From: Chitinophaga sp.
GTDB lineage: Bacteria; Bacteroidota; Bacteroidia; Chitinophagales; Chitinophagaceae
DNA: 46,344 bases
Assembly (NCBI GenBank): GCA_039593235.1
Contig: JBCNPS010000001.1
Location: 1 to 46,344 of the forward strand
Reading direction: 5' to 3'
Positions within the stretch are counted from its first letter, which is position 1. Each line of letters starts with the position of its first letter. The translations under genes were made by a program, and so were the position numbers. Below, piece after piece: positions 20,701 to 30,116 of this stretch. Under the pieces are notes generated by a model. The model was not told the DNA's origin, did not search any database, and was given only the letters and a program-made list of their open reading frames with translations.

Positions 20701-21819
20701 TTAATAAAAGGCGCCGGCCCTTTTGATGTGGTGATCACCACCTACGGCTTGCTGCAAACGGAAGAAAAATTACTGGCTGCTGTGAAATGGCCCACGCTGG
20801 TGCTGGACGAAGCGCATATGATCAAAAACTTCCAGACAAAAACTTCCAAAGCGGCCATGTTGCTGCAGGCAGGATTTAAGCTCATGCTAACGGGAACGCC
20901 TATACAAAATCATATGGCGGAGATCTGGAACCTGTTTAACTTTCTCAATCCCGGGCTGCTGGGCACACTGGATCATTTCAATAAGCAATTTGTTTTCCCA
21001 TCAGTGAGGAACCCGGAAAGCACTGTGAAGCAGCACCTAAAGAAGCTGATATCCCCGTTTATATTACGCCGTACCAAAACAGGCGTACTGGATGAACTGC
21101 CACCTAAAACAGAAATTGTGAAACTGGTGAGCCTGTCGCCGGATGAAGCATCGTTTTACGAAGCCCTGCGCAGGAAGGCGTTGGAAAATATCAAGGCGCA
21201 GGAAGGTAGCATGGCGCAGCAGCATATCCGCGCACTGGCGGAGATCAGCCGGTTGAGGATGGCGGCCTGTAACCCGCAGCTGGTGGATGATGAAGCCGAT
21301 ATTCCATCTTCCAAATTAATGGTATTCCGGGAAATTGTGGAAGAACTGGTATCGAACAATCATCGTGCACTGGTGTTCAGCCAGTTTGTAAAACACCTCG
21401 AACTGGTAAGGGCGGCGTTGGATCAGCAAGGGATCACTTATCTCTATCTCGACGGCAGCACGCCTATACCGCAACGGGATAAGCTGGTGAAGGATTTCCA
21501 GGCAGGGAGCGGGCAACTGTTCCTGATCAGCCTGAAAGCCGGTGGATTAGGGCTTAATTTAACAGCGGCAGATTATGTGATCCACATGGATCCATGGTGG
21601 AACCCCGCCATTGAAGAACAGGCGTCCGACAGGGCGCACCGTATCGGGCAAACCAGGCCGGTAACCATCTACCGGCTGGTAGCACAATATACGATAGAGG
21701 AAAAGATCATTGCATTGCATAACAGCAAGCGGGATCTGGCCGATCAGTTGCTGGAAGGCAGCGATCAGGCAGGGAAGCTCAGTGCAAAAGAACTGCTGGC
21801 GCTTATTGCAGAACGGTAG
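17794..21819 (+). CDS. SNF2-family (DEAH) helicase/ATPase with long N-terminal region
   Basis: LRPYQEEG, LADDMGLGKT, LDEAH.IKN, LTGTPIQN, LVFSQF, ISLKAGGLGLNL and DPWWNPA.E.QASDRAHRIGQ motifs. Confidence 0.95.
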   Translation: MVNESFYLRQYESQERDTRLVMDVMSVYLYPLETFTITDAVNCVEEMKGLRVSEILKHLVAAGLVIKNVTGNYALVPEMSFLLFPVTIKQPAYAALLERTRHAVHAFYSMSARLQDLQQLLTAYFTGHRSLLSLPVRKLEMELNEYQPYLSYLLYYPAYAALLPFFSQESLDKMVSFALKYNLLKMPPVEELENFRRQYAAGFPELLLLQGQLDLPAADKTADDLYAQAVILLYSGQAAKALSCFEKGIKRQRQYDKKHTIPLSPLFAFYYAFTLAVLPGEQTNPLITKIIAAYERKLFPAITPAICLLHFHAGRKEKGEQLLLLILEGGESNLLSYLSVLCLQLLHPKSKLLRTFSINASRLLSLGMERHYRLLTYEYLYLFKGDDYQGYESVFQEAGAVIAHPPVFSQMEQTPDWERLLNTLLGADTYLARKEKNAATSRLIYLIDFDRYKIQPVLQTSQGSNTWSSGRNVALKKLKDGKAEAMTEQDFRIGATVQKEHYYNYDGESYSFAETVWEEIAGHPLLFSADDISVSVEIIKAQPELSVNRSGHGYTFSANVNDYISETVFVKESNTRLKIIHLTAQQRRLLQTLEQIPVVPAAGKDKLIQVLKSIGAHLTIHADMGDIAANISRRPGDSRIVVQLLPLGDGLKAGIYVKPFTSDPPYCKPGTGAHNIIGISNGERWQAIRDLAKEKDNVVTLLNLIQGAIDQDLSDDTIIFEDPLDCLQLLEIIHQHPELVRAEWPEGERYKIRQQAGFPQLHISLKEKDHWFMCTGELKVDEATVLALKDLLDTTRTVKKRFIALQNGEYLALTGDLRRRLNEMASVANIDRDNVSIQPYALPVLDELLEHAGSVATDAAWKAFVNKRAAAMALDITVPVTLQTTLRPYQEEGFRWMTHLAAWGAGACLADDMGLGKTIQAIALLLHRAPDGPALVICPASVVNNWSNEISRFAPSLNVIFLHNGRRSALIKGAGPFDVVITTYGLLQTEEKLLAAVKWPTLVLDEAHMIKNFQTKTSKAAMLLQAGFKLMLTGTPIQNHMAEIWNLFNFLNPGLLGTLDHFNKQFVFPSVRNPESTVKQHLKKLISPFILRRTKTGVLDELPPKTEIVKLVSLSPDEASFYEALRRKALENIKAQEGSMAQQHIRALAEISRLRMAACNPQLVDDEADIPSSKLMVFREIVEELVSNNHRALVFSQFVKHLELVRAALDQQGITYLYLDGSTPIPQRDKLVKDFQAGSGQLFLISLKAGGLGLNLTAADYVIHMDPWWNPAIEEQASDRAHRIGQTRPVTIYRLVAQYTIEEKIIALHNSKRDLADQLLEGSDQAGKLSAKELLALIAER

Positions 21820-21872
21820 TTCAGAAAAGCGCTGGTTCAGTCGCCATTCACGATGAGACTTTGACCGGTAAT

Positions 21873-22631
21873 TCAAAACGGTGACGGACTGATACTCGTC
21901 CAGCCCCCATCAATAATGAGGCTTTGACCGGTAATATGCCTTGCCTGGTCCGATACAAGGAACAATGCAGCGCTGGCAATATCCTGCGTATAGGCGGGGC
22001 GTCCCATAGGAGTGAGGCCCGACCATGTTTTTTCGTAAGAAGGATCATCCAGCGTGCGTTCTGTGAGCGTGGCGCCGGGCGCAATGGTATTCACTGTTAT
22101 TTTAAAGGCAGATAATTCAATCACTAAGTTTTTGGCGAGCATTTCCAGCGCAGCTTTACTCATGCCGTAAGCTGCGAGATCTTTATGCGCCTGGTGACCG
22201 GTTACGGAAGACGTGAACAAAATGGATCCTCCTTCCGCTTGTTGTTTCATTTGGTTGGCGGCGGTTTGCGCCAGGAAAAATGTACCGCCAAGATTAACCT
22301 GCATTACCCGGTTAAAAGCTTCCGGGGTATAGGTAAAGAAGTCGCCAAAGAGGGTGATCCCTGCGTTGGCGATAACGATATCCAACCGGCCGAATTGTGT
22401 AACTGCTGTATTCACCATCCCGCGGATAAAACTGACATCGCCGGAGTCGCCGGCCAGCGGGATGCAATGCCCCTTGGCGGCGGTAATGGCATCAGTGGCC
22501 TGCTGGGCCAGCGCCGTATCAATATCATTCAGGATAACGATAGCTCCCTGTAATGCCAGTTGTTTGCAGATTTCAAACCCGATGCCCTGGCCCGCGCCGG
22601 TAACAATAGCTACTTTCTTATCAAATGTCAT
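21873..22631 (-). CDS. SDR family NAD(P)-dependent oxidoreductase
   Basis: TGAGQGIG, NAG, YGMSK catalytic motif and ITGQSLIIDGG. Confidence 0.93.
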   Translation of the reverse strand: MTFDKKVAIVTGAGQGIGFEICKQLALQGAIVILNDIDTALAQQATDAITAAKGHCIPLAGDSGDVSFIRGMVNTAVTQFGRLDIVIANAGITLFGDFFTYTPEAFNRVMQVNLGGTFFLAQTAANQMKQQAEGGSILFTSSVTGHQAHKDLAAYGMSKAALEMLAKNLVIELSAFKITVNTIAPGATLTERTLDDPSYEKTWSGLTPMGRPAYTQDIASAALFLVSDQARHITGQSLIIDGGWTSISPSPF

Positions 22632-22641
22632 AAGCCGTTTT

Positions 22642-24360
22642 TTAGTGTGAATCCCTGGTTACTTCGCTGCCGGAGCTGCCTTTGAGAAAATCGAGGTCGG
22701 CGCCAAGATGCGCCTGTTCCACATGTTGCTGGTATAGCTGCACATAACCCCTCGTTGATTGCGGATAAACCGGTTGCCAGGCTGTTTTCCTGCGGGTAAT
22801 TTCTTCGGGAGAAATAGCCGCTTCCAGCTTGCGTTGCTGCACATCCAGCGTAATGACATCCCCATCGCGGAGAATGGCGAGATTGCCGCCAGCCGCCGCT
22901 TCCGGCGATACATGCAGTACTACGGTGCCAAAGCCGGTGCCGCTCATCCGTCCGTCTGAAATGCGTACCATATCAGTAATGCCTTTGGCCAGTAACTTCG
23001 CGGGCAACCCGAGGTTGCCTACTTCAGGCATACCGGGGTAGCCTTTTGGTCCCACATTTTTAAGCACCAGTACACTGTTTTCATCCACGTCAAGTGCAGG
23101 ATCATCGATCCGTTTTTTGTAATCGTCTATGTCTTCAAACACCACTGCTTTGCCGGTATGCTTCATCAGGTGCGGGCTTGCGGCAGAAGGTTTGATAACG
23201 GCGCCCTGTTCGCAGATATTGCCTTTCAATACCACGATGCCCGACACCGCGTTAAAAGGATCATCTATGGATGAAATTACCTCCTTATTATAGCTCACGG
23301 CATTTGTATAGTTTGCTTCAATGGTTTTGCCATTGGCCGTGATACAGTTTTTGTGGAGATGATCCAGCAGGGCATTGATCACAGCGGGTAATCCGCCGGC
23401 ATAATAAAGGTCTTCCATGAAGTAACTGCCGGAGGGCTGGAGATTGGCGATCAGCGGGATGTTGGCCGAAAAGGTATCCATATCCTGCAGGTTCAGTTCC
23501 ACACCTATACGGCCTGCAATGGCCAGTAAATGAAGCACAAAATTAGTGGAGCCGCCAATGGCCGCATTTACACGGATAGCGTTTTCAAAGGCTTCCCTGG
23601 TAAGGATATCTGTTAAGCGCCGGTTTTCCCGCACCATTTTTACGATCTCGTTTCCGGACAGGTGGGCCAGTACTTTACGGGCTGCATCCGGCGCGGGGAT
23701 CGCTGCGTTCTGTGGCAGCGACAAACCGAGTGATTCCACCATACAGGCCATGGTAGACGCAGTACCCATTACAGCGCAATGCCCGTCGCTGCGGCACATA
23801 CCGGCTTCAGCCATAGCCAGTTCTTCGTTGGTCATCCTGCCGGCCCTTACATCTTCACTGAACCGCCAGATATCGCTGGTACCAATACTATGGCCCCTGT
23901 GCCTGCCGGTAAGCATGGCGCCTCCCGATACCACAATGGTGGGAATGTTTACGCTGCAGGCGCCCATCACTAATGCCGGTGTGGTTTTATCACAACCGCA
24001 TAACAGCACTACGCCATCGATGGGATTGGCACGGATAGATTCCTCCACATCCATACTTACCAGGTTGCGGTACAGCATAGCGGTTGGCTTGATCAGCGTT
24101 TCGCCTAACGACATTACAGGAAATTCCAGCGGGTAGCCACCGGCTTCTATCACACCGCGCTTCACCGCTTCCGCCAGTTCCCTGAAATGGGAGTTGCAGG
24201 GGGTAAGCTCCGACCAGGTGTTGCAGATACCTATAACAGGCTTGCCTTCCAGCTCATGTTGGGGAATGCCCTGCTTCTTCAGCCAGGCGCGGTATATAAA
24301 ACCATCTTTGCCTTCACGGGCAAACCAATTAGCGCTTCTTAATGAGTTTTCGTGCTTCAT
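22642..24360 (-). CDS. IlvD/Edd family sugar-acid dehydratase (L-arabinonate/D-xylonate type)
   Basis: GKPVIGICNTWSELTPCN, CGCDKTTP, C.VMGTASTM, GGSTN, GPKGYPGMPE and SDGRMSGT motifs. Start MKHENS (ATG 24360). Confidence 0.88.
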   Translation of the reverse strand: MKHENSLRSANWFAREGKDGFIYRAWLKKQGIPQHELEGKPVIGICNTWSELTPCNSHFRELAEAVKRGVIEAGGYPLEFPVMSLGETLIKPTAMLYRNLVSMDVEESIRANPIDGVVLLCGCDKTTPALVMGACSVNIPTIVVSGGAMLTGRHRGHSIGTSDIWRFSEDVRAGRMTNEELAMAEAGMCRSDGHCAVMGTASTMACMVESLGLSLPQNAAIPAPDAARKVLAHLSGNEIVKMVRENRRLTDILTREAFENAIRVNAAIGGSTNFVLHLLAIAGRIGVELNLQDMDTFSANIPLIANLQPSGSYFMEDLYYAGGLPAVINALLDHLHKNCITANGKTIEANYTNAVSYNKEVISSIDDPFNAVSGIVVLKGNICEQGAVIKPSAASPHLMKHTGKAVVFEDIDDYKKRIDDPALDVDENSVLVLKNVGPKGYPGMPEVGNLGLPAKLLAKGITDMVRISDGRMSGTGFGTVVLHVSPEAAAGGNLAILRDGDVITLDVQQRKLEAAISPEEITRRKTAWQPVYPQSTRGYVQLYQQHVEQAHLGADLDFLKGSSGSEVTRDSH

Positions 24361-24592
24361 AACGGGAGTAGATAATTTTAAAAAGATACAATAAATTATG
24401 GATTTCAAAAATGAAGGACACATGATTATCACATCTTACTACCGGTTATCTTTTTATTAATATTCTTTCTCTACATGATAAGTAGGATGTCCATTTAACA
24501 GATGTTTATCAGACATGGCAATATAAGTTCCGTTTTTATTATGGAATTTTAACATCATAGCATCTGTACCCAATAACCTGTATACTCCACAA

Positions 24593-27367
24593 ATGAAGAA
24601 ACTATCCGGACTGATTCTCTGTATGGGCATTACCCAATGCTGCCTGGCGCAGCAGGCTTCCGTTAAGGGTAATGTATCAGACACACTTAATCATGTGCAG
24701 CTATCCAAATCAGTGGTGGCATTGCTGCAGGCAAAAGACTCCATTTTATATAAGTTTACCAGGAGCGATGAAAAAGGACATTTTGAATTAAACAACCTCA
24801 AGGCAGGGAAGTACCTGCTGATGATCACTTATCCTGCCTTTGCCGATTACGTAGAGCCGTTAACGTTGTCGGATACTTCCCAGGTACAGCTTAATAAAAT
24901 TATGCTGACGCTGAAATCCCGTTTACTGCACGAGGTAGTGATACAGCAAAAGGTGGCCGCCATAAAAATGAAAGGCGATACTACGGAGTTCAACGCCGAT
25001 AGCTACAAAACCGCTCCCAACGCCTCTGTAGAAGAATTATTGAAGAAATTGCCGGGTATACAGGTAAATGGGAAAGGACAAATTACCGCACAGGGGGAAA
25101 CCGTAAAAAAGGTGTTGGTGGATGGAGAAGAATTTTTTGGAGATGACCCTACACTGGTTACCAAGAACCTGCGGGCGGACATGGTGGATAAAGTACAATT
25201 GTATGATAAGAAGAGCGACCAGGCAGCTTTTACCGGTATTGATGACGGGGAACGATCGAAAACCATTAATATACAGCTGAAGGAAGATAAGAAGCGGGGC
25301 TATTTTGGGAAAGTGGCAGTAGGCGCCGGTGACAACGGATTTCACGACAGCCAGGCCATGCTGAATGTATTCCGCGGAAAGAAGAAACTGGCGGTGTTTG
25401 GTATTGTGTCTAACACTGGTAAGGTGGGGCTCGACTGGGGCGACAGGGAAAAGTTCGGCTCCGGCAACGGGGATATTTCCTTTAATGATGATGGCGACAT
25501 GGAATTTACTTTCAATGGAGATGAACTGGACAGCTGGGATGGCCGTTATAACGGCGACGGCTACCCGTTGGTGCAGACGGGGGGATTACATTACTCGGAT
25601 AAATGGGACCGGGACCGGCAGAACGTTAATGCCAACTATAAGCTCATGAAGTTATATATAGATGGACAGAGTGAGGATATTTCCCAGAACATCTTACCTG
25701 ATACTATCTATTATAATCACTCCAAAGATAATTTTCATAACAACATTCTCCGGAACCGCGCCAATGGCAGCTATGAGCGGCAGTTTGATTCCACTTCCTC
25801 TATCAAACTGCAAATAGATGGGGGGCTGGATCATAAGATATCCAACAGGCTTAGTTCCAGCGGGATGGAGCTGAATGATATGGTGGTAAACCGCGGTGAA
25901 CGTAAAACGTCGAATGTATCGGATATCGGGAGTATGAATGCCAATTTGCTGTGGCGTAAGAAGCTGAAGAAAAAAGGACGTACGCTGTCACTGAATCTCG
26001 CGGAGAATTATTCCAGGACCAACGGGCAAGGTATGCTGGATGCCTATACGGAGTATTTTAAACAAGGGAAGCCGGATTCTGTGCAAAATATAGATCAGCT
26101 TAAAACCACGAATAATGAGAAGATCAGCGTTATCAGTAATCTTACTTACACGGAGCCATTGTCTGCAGCATCTTCCCTGTTGTTCAACTATGGTATTAAT
26201 ATAGATAACAGTCATTCCAACAGGAACTCCTATAATCAGCAAACAGATGGAAAGTATACCGCCCTGGATTCCCTGTATAGCAGCGATTATGCATTTAATA
26301 TATTTACACATAAAGGTGGCATCGGGTATGGATATACGAAAAAGAAGATCCGTATTAATATAGGCGGTAACGTAGGACTTACCAGTTTCAGCCAGAAAGA
26401 CATGTTCCGGAATAACGAAGTGAAACGTGATTTTGTTAACTGGTATCCCAGGGCAATGTTCCGGTATAGTTTTTCGCAACAGCGCCGCCTTACGGTGCAG
26501 TATAACGGCTATACCCGGCAGCCGGACATTAATGATCTTCAGCCTATACGGGTGAATGATGACCCGCTTAACCTCCAGATTGGTAACCCCTCATTAAAAC
26601 CATCTTTCAATAATAATTTAAACATCAACTTTTCCGATTATAAGGTAATGACAGGCAGGAATATCTGGGCGTCGGTGTCGTTTGAATCTACCAGCAATGC
26701 TATCAGCGGCAGAAGCGTGATAGATACCTCCGGTGTAACAACCAGCCAGTCCGTGAATGTGGACGGAAACAGGAGCGGGCGGTTTAATTTATATATTGGC
26801 TGGAAAATTAATCCCTGGGATCTGCGGGTAGGTGGTAATACCAGTGGAGGTTTGAACAGGAATGTAAATTATGTGAACGGATTATTGAATGTTACTAACT
26901 CGTCCAATGCAGGACTGGGTATTAATTTGAGTAAGTACAAAGACAAAAAATATGAATATTCCTTTGACGCCAGGGCGAATTTTAATAACAGCGTATCCTC
27001 TGTGAATAAAGCTTTGCGCACCCAGTACTGGACTTACAATATTTCGCCTAACGTAAGCTTTTTCCTGCCACTTAAATTTGTGTTGCATGCGGACATGGAT
27101 TACAATATCCGCCAGAAAACACCCGTGTTTACCACCAATAACAATGTGGCCATCCTGAATGCGTACCTGGCCAAGAAATTTGGTAAGAAGGAGCTGGTGC
27201 AGCTTAATTTCTCCATGAATGATATCCTGAACCAGAATATAGGCTTCAGCAGATCAGTGCAAACCAATACGATCAGCCAGCGGACCTATAGTACCATTGG
27301 TCGTTACGGCTTATTGTCTTTTATCTGGAACTTTAACAAGTTAGGTGCCGCCACCTCTAAAGAATGA
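24593..27367 (+). CDS. Outer membrane beta-barrel protein, TonB-receptor-like, with carboxypeptidase-regulatory-like domain
   Basis: Signal peptide, KGDTTEFNADSY...EELLKKLPG, VLVDGEEFFG, INIQLKEDKK.GYFGK, GNPSLKPSF and a C-terminal barrel strand. Confidence 0.85.
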   Translation: MKKLSGLILCMGITQCCLAQQASVKGNVSDTLNHVQLSKSVVALLQAKDSILYKFTRSDEKGHFELNNLKAGKYLLMITYPAFADYVEPLTLSDTSQVQLNKIMLTLKSRLLHEVVIQQKVAAIKMKGDTTEFNADSYKTAPNASVEELLKKLPGIQVNGKGQITAQGETVKKVLVDGEEFFGDDPTLVTKNLRADMVDKVQLYDKKSDQAAFTGIDDGERSKTINIQLKEDKKRGYFGKVAVGAGDNGFHDSQAMLNVFRGKKKLAVFGIVSNTGKVGLDWGDREKFGSGNGDISFNDDGDMEFTFNGDELDSWDGRYNGDGYPLVQTGGLHYSDKWDRDRQNVNANYKLMKLYIDGQSEDISQNILPDTIYYNHSKDNFHNNILRNRANGSYERQFDSTSSIKLQIDGGLDHKISNRLSSSGMELNDMVVNRGERKTSNVSDIGSMNANLLWRKKLKKKGRTLSLNLAENYSRTNGQGMLDAYTEYFKQGKPDSVQNIDQLKTTNNEKISVISNLTYTEPLSAASSLLFNYGINIDNSHSNRNSYNQQTDGKYTALDSLYSSDYAFNIFTHKGGIGYGYTKKKIRINIGGNVGLTSFSQKDMFRNNEVKRDFVNWYPRAMFRYSFSQQRRLTVQYNGYTRQPDINDLQPIRVNDDPLNLQIGNPSLKPSFNNNLNINFSDYKVMTGRNIWASVSFESTSNAISGRSVIDTSGVTTSQSVNVDGNRSGRFNLYIGWKINPWDLRVGGNTSGGLNRNVNYVNGLLNVTNSSNAGLGINLSKYKDKKYEYSFDARANFNNSVSSVNKALRTQYWTYNISPNVSFFLPLKFVLHADMDYNIRQKTPVFTTNNNVAILNAYLAKKFGKKELVQLNFSMNDILNQNIGFSRSVQTNTISQRTYSTIGRYGLLSFIWNFNKLGAATSKE

Positions 27368-27371
27368 TGTT

Positions 27372-28148
27372 ATGAATAATACCAGTATGAAAATTCGTGT
27401 GTGCCTGGCTGTTATATTATGCGCATTTGCTGTTTTCCCTGCACAGGCGCAGCATACCACTTTTTTAGAGCAGGGCCGGATAGAGTTTGAAAAACGGGTA
27501 AACCTGTTTGCCCGTATGGATCAATTGAGTAAAGGCCAGGATAATTCATGGACAGATATGTTGAAAAAGGGGATGTCGCAATACCAGGTCACGTATTTTG
27601 ATTACTCATTTTCACGCCAAACCTCCCTGTATAAGCCGGGAAGAGATAATCCTGATAACAAGAAACCCATATGGGAATCAGCCCCTGCGGAGGTAAACGT
27701 GGTATATTCCCGGCTGGACAGTATGCAGAGTATTTCGCAGAAGCAGGTATTTGAGCAGATGTACCTGGTGAAGGATTCCATGCGGCAGATCCGTTGGAAG
27801 ATCACCGATGAAACGCGTAACATCGCCGGGTTTGATTGCCGTCGCGCGAATGCACTTATCATGGATTCTATTTACGTAGTGGCATTTTATACGGACGCGA
27901 TTGTTACACCCGGCGGCCCGGAATCCTTCAGCGGTCTTCCCGGTATGATCCTGGGAGTAGCCCTGCCGCATGAGCATATTACCTGGTTTGCCACCAAAGT
28001 ATTGATAGACGATATCAAAAGGGAGGCACTGAAGCCGCCGGTAAAAGGCAAACCTGTAGACAATAAAGGGTTGGTGGAATCCGTTTCAAAAGTATTGGGC
28101 AAGTGGGGAAATTATGGAAGTGCATATATCAGGGCAATTATGTTATAA
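27372..28148 (+). CDS. GLPGLI family protein
   Basis: WKITDETRNIAGFDCRRA...AFYT..I..PGGPESFSGLPGMIL motif and a signal peptide. Confidence 0.9.
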   Translation: MNNTSMKIRVCLAVILCAFAVFPAQAQHTTFLEQGRIEFEKRVNLFARMDQLSKGQDNSWTDMLKKGMSQYQVTYFDYSFSRQTSLYKPGRDNPDNKKPIWESAPAEVNVVYSRLDSMQSISQKQVFEQMYLVKDSMRQIRWKITDETRNIAGFDCRRANALIMDSIYVVAFYTDAIVTPGGPESFSGLPGMILGVALPHEHITWFATKVLIDDIKREALKPPVKGKPVDNKGLVESVSKVLGKWGNYGSAYIRAIML

Positions 28149-28171
28149 TTGCATATTGATTTAAACGGAAA

Positions 28172-28984
28172 ATGACACCCATTTCCCATATTCGTACTTC
28201 ATACGCACCTGTACAGCCATTTGTAGCGCAACCGGAAGAAACGGTTATTTACCGGGAGTTTTCGCCTGACCTCCGGCTGCAGGAGTATGTTTACTGCTAC
28301 TGGGAGCTTAGTACTACTTCCCCGCTTACAACGCCTTTCCATTACCGGGTGGTAGCGGATGGTTGTATGGATATCTTTTTTGAACTGCAGGATCCGCAGC
28401 AGAGTTTTGTTATGGGATTCAGCGATGCCTACACCTGTTTCCCGCTGCAAGGGAATTTTAATTATGCCGGTATCCGGTTTTTGCCGGGCATGTTTCCCCG
28501 TATGTTCCGGGTAAATGCTGCCGAATTAAGCAAGCAGGCAACCGCCCTGGAAAGCGTAGTGCCGGCTGCTGCCCGTTGCCTGGTGAACCATTTTCATGAA
28601 AAAACAAGTATACTGCAGCTGAAGTCCCTGCTGGACGACTTCCTGCTGGAGTATATCAATAAAGCATTGCCGGCAGACAACCGCCTGCTGGAGGCTGTGG
28701 ACCTGATTGTTCAGCAGGCAGGCATGATCACGCTTGAAAAGGAGCTACCCCCGGGGATCAGTTCCAGGCAATTGCGACGCCTGTTTGAGTGCTACATCGG
28801 CGATACGCCAAAAGCATTCGGTAAGGTAGTGAGGTTTCAGAAGATCCTGCAATTCACCCATTCTCCCCTGCATATCCGGAAAAACAAATCCTACCTCGAC
28901 GCCGGTTATTACGACCAGGCCCACTTCATCCGGGAATTTAAAAGTCTTTATGGCCTTACGCCCGCTAAGGTATTCCACAAGTAA
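28172..28984 (+). CDS. AraC family regulator (DUF6597 + HTH_18 type)
   Basis: YREF.P...L..YV.CYWE, VADGCMDI, SSRQLRRLF...IG.TPK and GYYDQAHFIREFK motifs. Confidence 0.88.
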   Translation: MTPISHIRTSYAPVQPFVAQPEETVIYREFSPDLRLQEYVYCYWELSTTSPLTTPFHYRVVADGCMDIFFELQDPQQSFVMGFSDAYTCFPLQGNFNYAGIRFLPGMFPRMFRVNAAELSKQATALESVVPAAARCLVNHFHEKTSILQLKSLLDDFLLEYINKALPADNRLLEAVDLIVQQAGMITLEKELPPGISSRQLRRLFECYIGDTPKAFGKVVRFQKILQFTHSPLHIRKNKSYLDAGYYDQAHFIREFKSLYGLTPAKVFHK

Positions 28985-28986
28985 GT

Positions 28987-29031
28987 TGTCCGTTTTTTAC
29001 AATTTATGATTTACCGGCATACCTAACTTTG
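28987..29031 (+). promoter_or_regulatory. Promoter of the VOC gene with a possible AraC site
   Basis: TAACTTTG box at 29024-29031, preceded by TGTCCGTTTTTTACAAT at an activator-like position. Confidence 0.45.
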
Positions 29032-29053
29032 CAGTCATAAAACTGGAACCTAT

Positions 29054-29503
29054 ATGAAAAGATGGCTGTTAGTATTTATTTTCTTCTTTTTTATATCCAA
29101 TATTTATTCACAGGTAAAACCCGGAAAAATGAAACTGAATGCAGGCATTATCACCGCCAGGTTAGCGGAGAGCAAGAAATTTTATACAGAGATATTAAAC
29201 TTTGGAGTGTCGTTTGAAAACGAATTTTACCTGTTGCTGCATACACCGGACAAGCAGGCGGAGATCAGCTTTTTACTGCCGGAGCATGCGTCGCAGCAGC
29301 CCTTGTTTAAAACAGCTTTTAATGGTAAGGGGGTATACCTGACCATCGAGGTAGATGATGTAGACAAGGTATATGAAGCAATGAAAGCTAAAGGAGTGGA
29401 CATAAAAATAGCGATCCGTAACGAGCCGTGGGGCGACCGGCATTTTGCCATACAAGACCCTAATGGCGTGGGTATAGACGTGGTAACGTATTCCCACCCA
29501 TGA
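29054..29503 (+). CDS. VOC / glyoxalase family protein
   Basis: SKKFYTEILNF, LTIEVDDVDKVY and EPWGDRHFAIQDPNG motifs. The start could be the internal MKLNAG. Confidence 0.88.
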   Translation: MKRWLLVFIFFFFISNIYSQVKPGKMKLNAGIITARLAESKKFYTEILNFGVSFENEFYLLLHTPDKQAEISFLLPEHASQQPLFKTAFNGKGVYLTIEVDDVDKVYEAMKAKGVDIKIAIRNEPWGDRHFAIQDPNGVGIDVVTYSHP

Positions 29504-29607
29504 CGCTGTTAACATAATTTTAAGTTAATGAAACCTTAAAAAGGCAGCCACAGGCACTATACAGGAACCATTTTTGTTTTCAGAGGTTTGAACTAAAAAT
29601 TTTAACC

Positions 29608-29874
29608 ATGGCAAAGCAAAGCAAGGAAGCAGTAAAACAAGAAATCCAGGTATTGGCAATTGGCAACTACAAAAGTTATCCTGATGATTACGAAGTAGCA
29701 TCTGCCACGGTTTCCCGGAATATACAATCATTGGCAAAAGGTTATTGGGACAGCCGGGAATATAAGGAAGTAGAGCGGGATGAGCGACTGGGCATCAATC
29801 TGGAAGATTATCAGCATTGGACAAAAGAAGCATATGATGCATTTATGAAATCCAACCAGCAGTCCTTGAACTAG
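29608..29874 (+). CDS. Hypothetical protein, 88 aa
   Basis: AT-rich translation start, clean ORF, followed by a strong terminator. Confidence 0.7.
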   Translation: MAKQSKEAVKQEIQVLAIGNYKSYPDDYEVASATVSRNIQSLAKGYWDSREYKEVERDERLGINLEDYQHWTKEAYDAFMKSNQQSLN

Positions 29875-29893
29875 TTTCATTCTTTTTAAACCG

Positions 29894-29928
29894 GGCCGCC
29901 TGAAAGTACGCTTTCAGGCGGCCTTTTT
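29894..29928 (+). terminator. Rho-independent terminator
   Basis: GGCCGCCTGAAAG-tacg-CTTTCAGGCGGCC perfect 13-bp stem followed by TTTTT. Confidence 0.9.
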
Positions 29929-30116
29929 ATTATTTGGTAGAAGGTGCAACCATTTATCCCTGCTGATTGTTTATATAAGACGGTGGATTCACTGCCATAA
30001 TATAGTGGGCACTACACCTGCTTTTATTCTACTACACCGTTCCGAGCTGGTGTCCGTTACCCCCTGAATGCAAAGGCTTGTGGCTGAACCTGCCATTAAT
30101 CCTAAATTTTCAGTGC

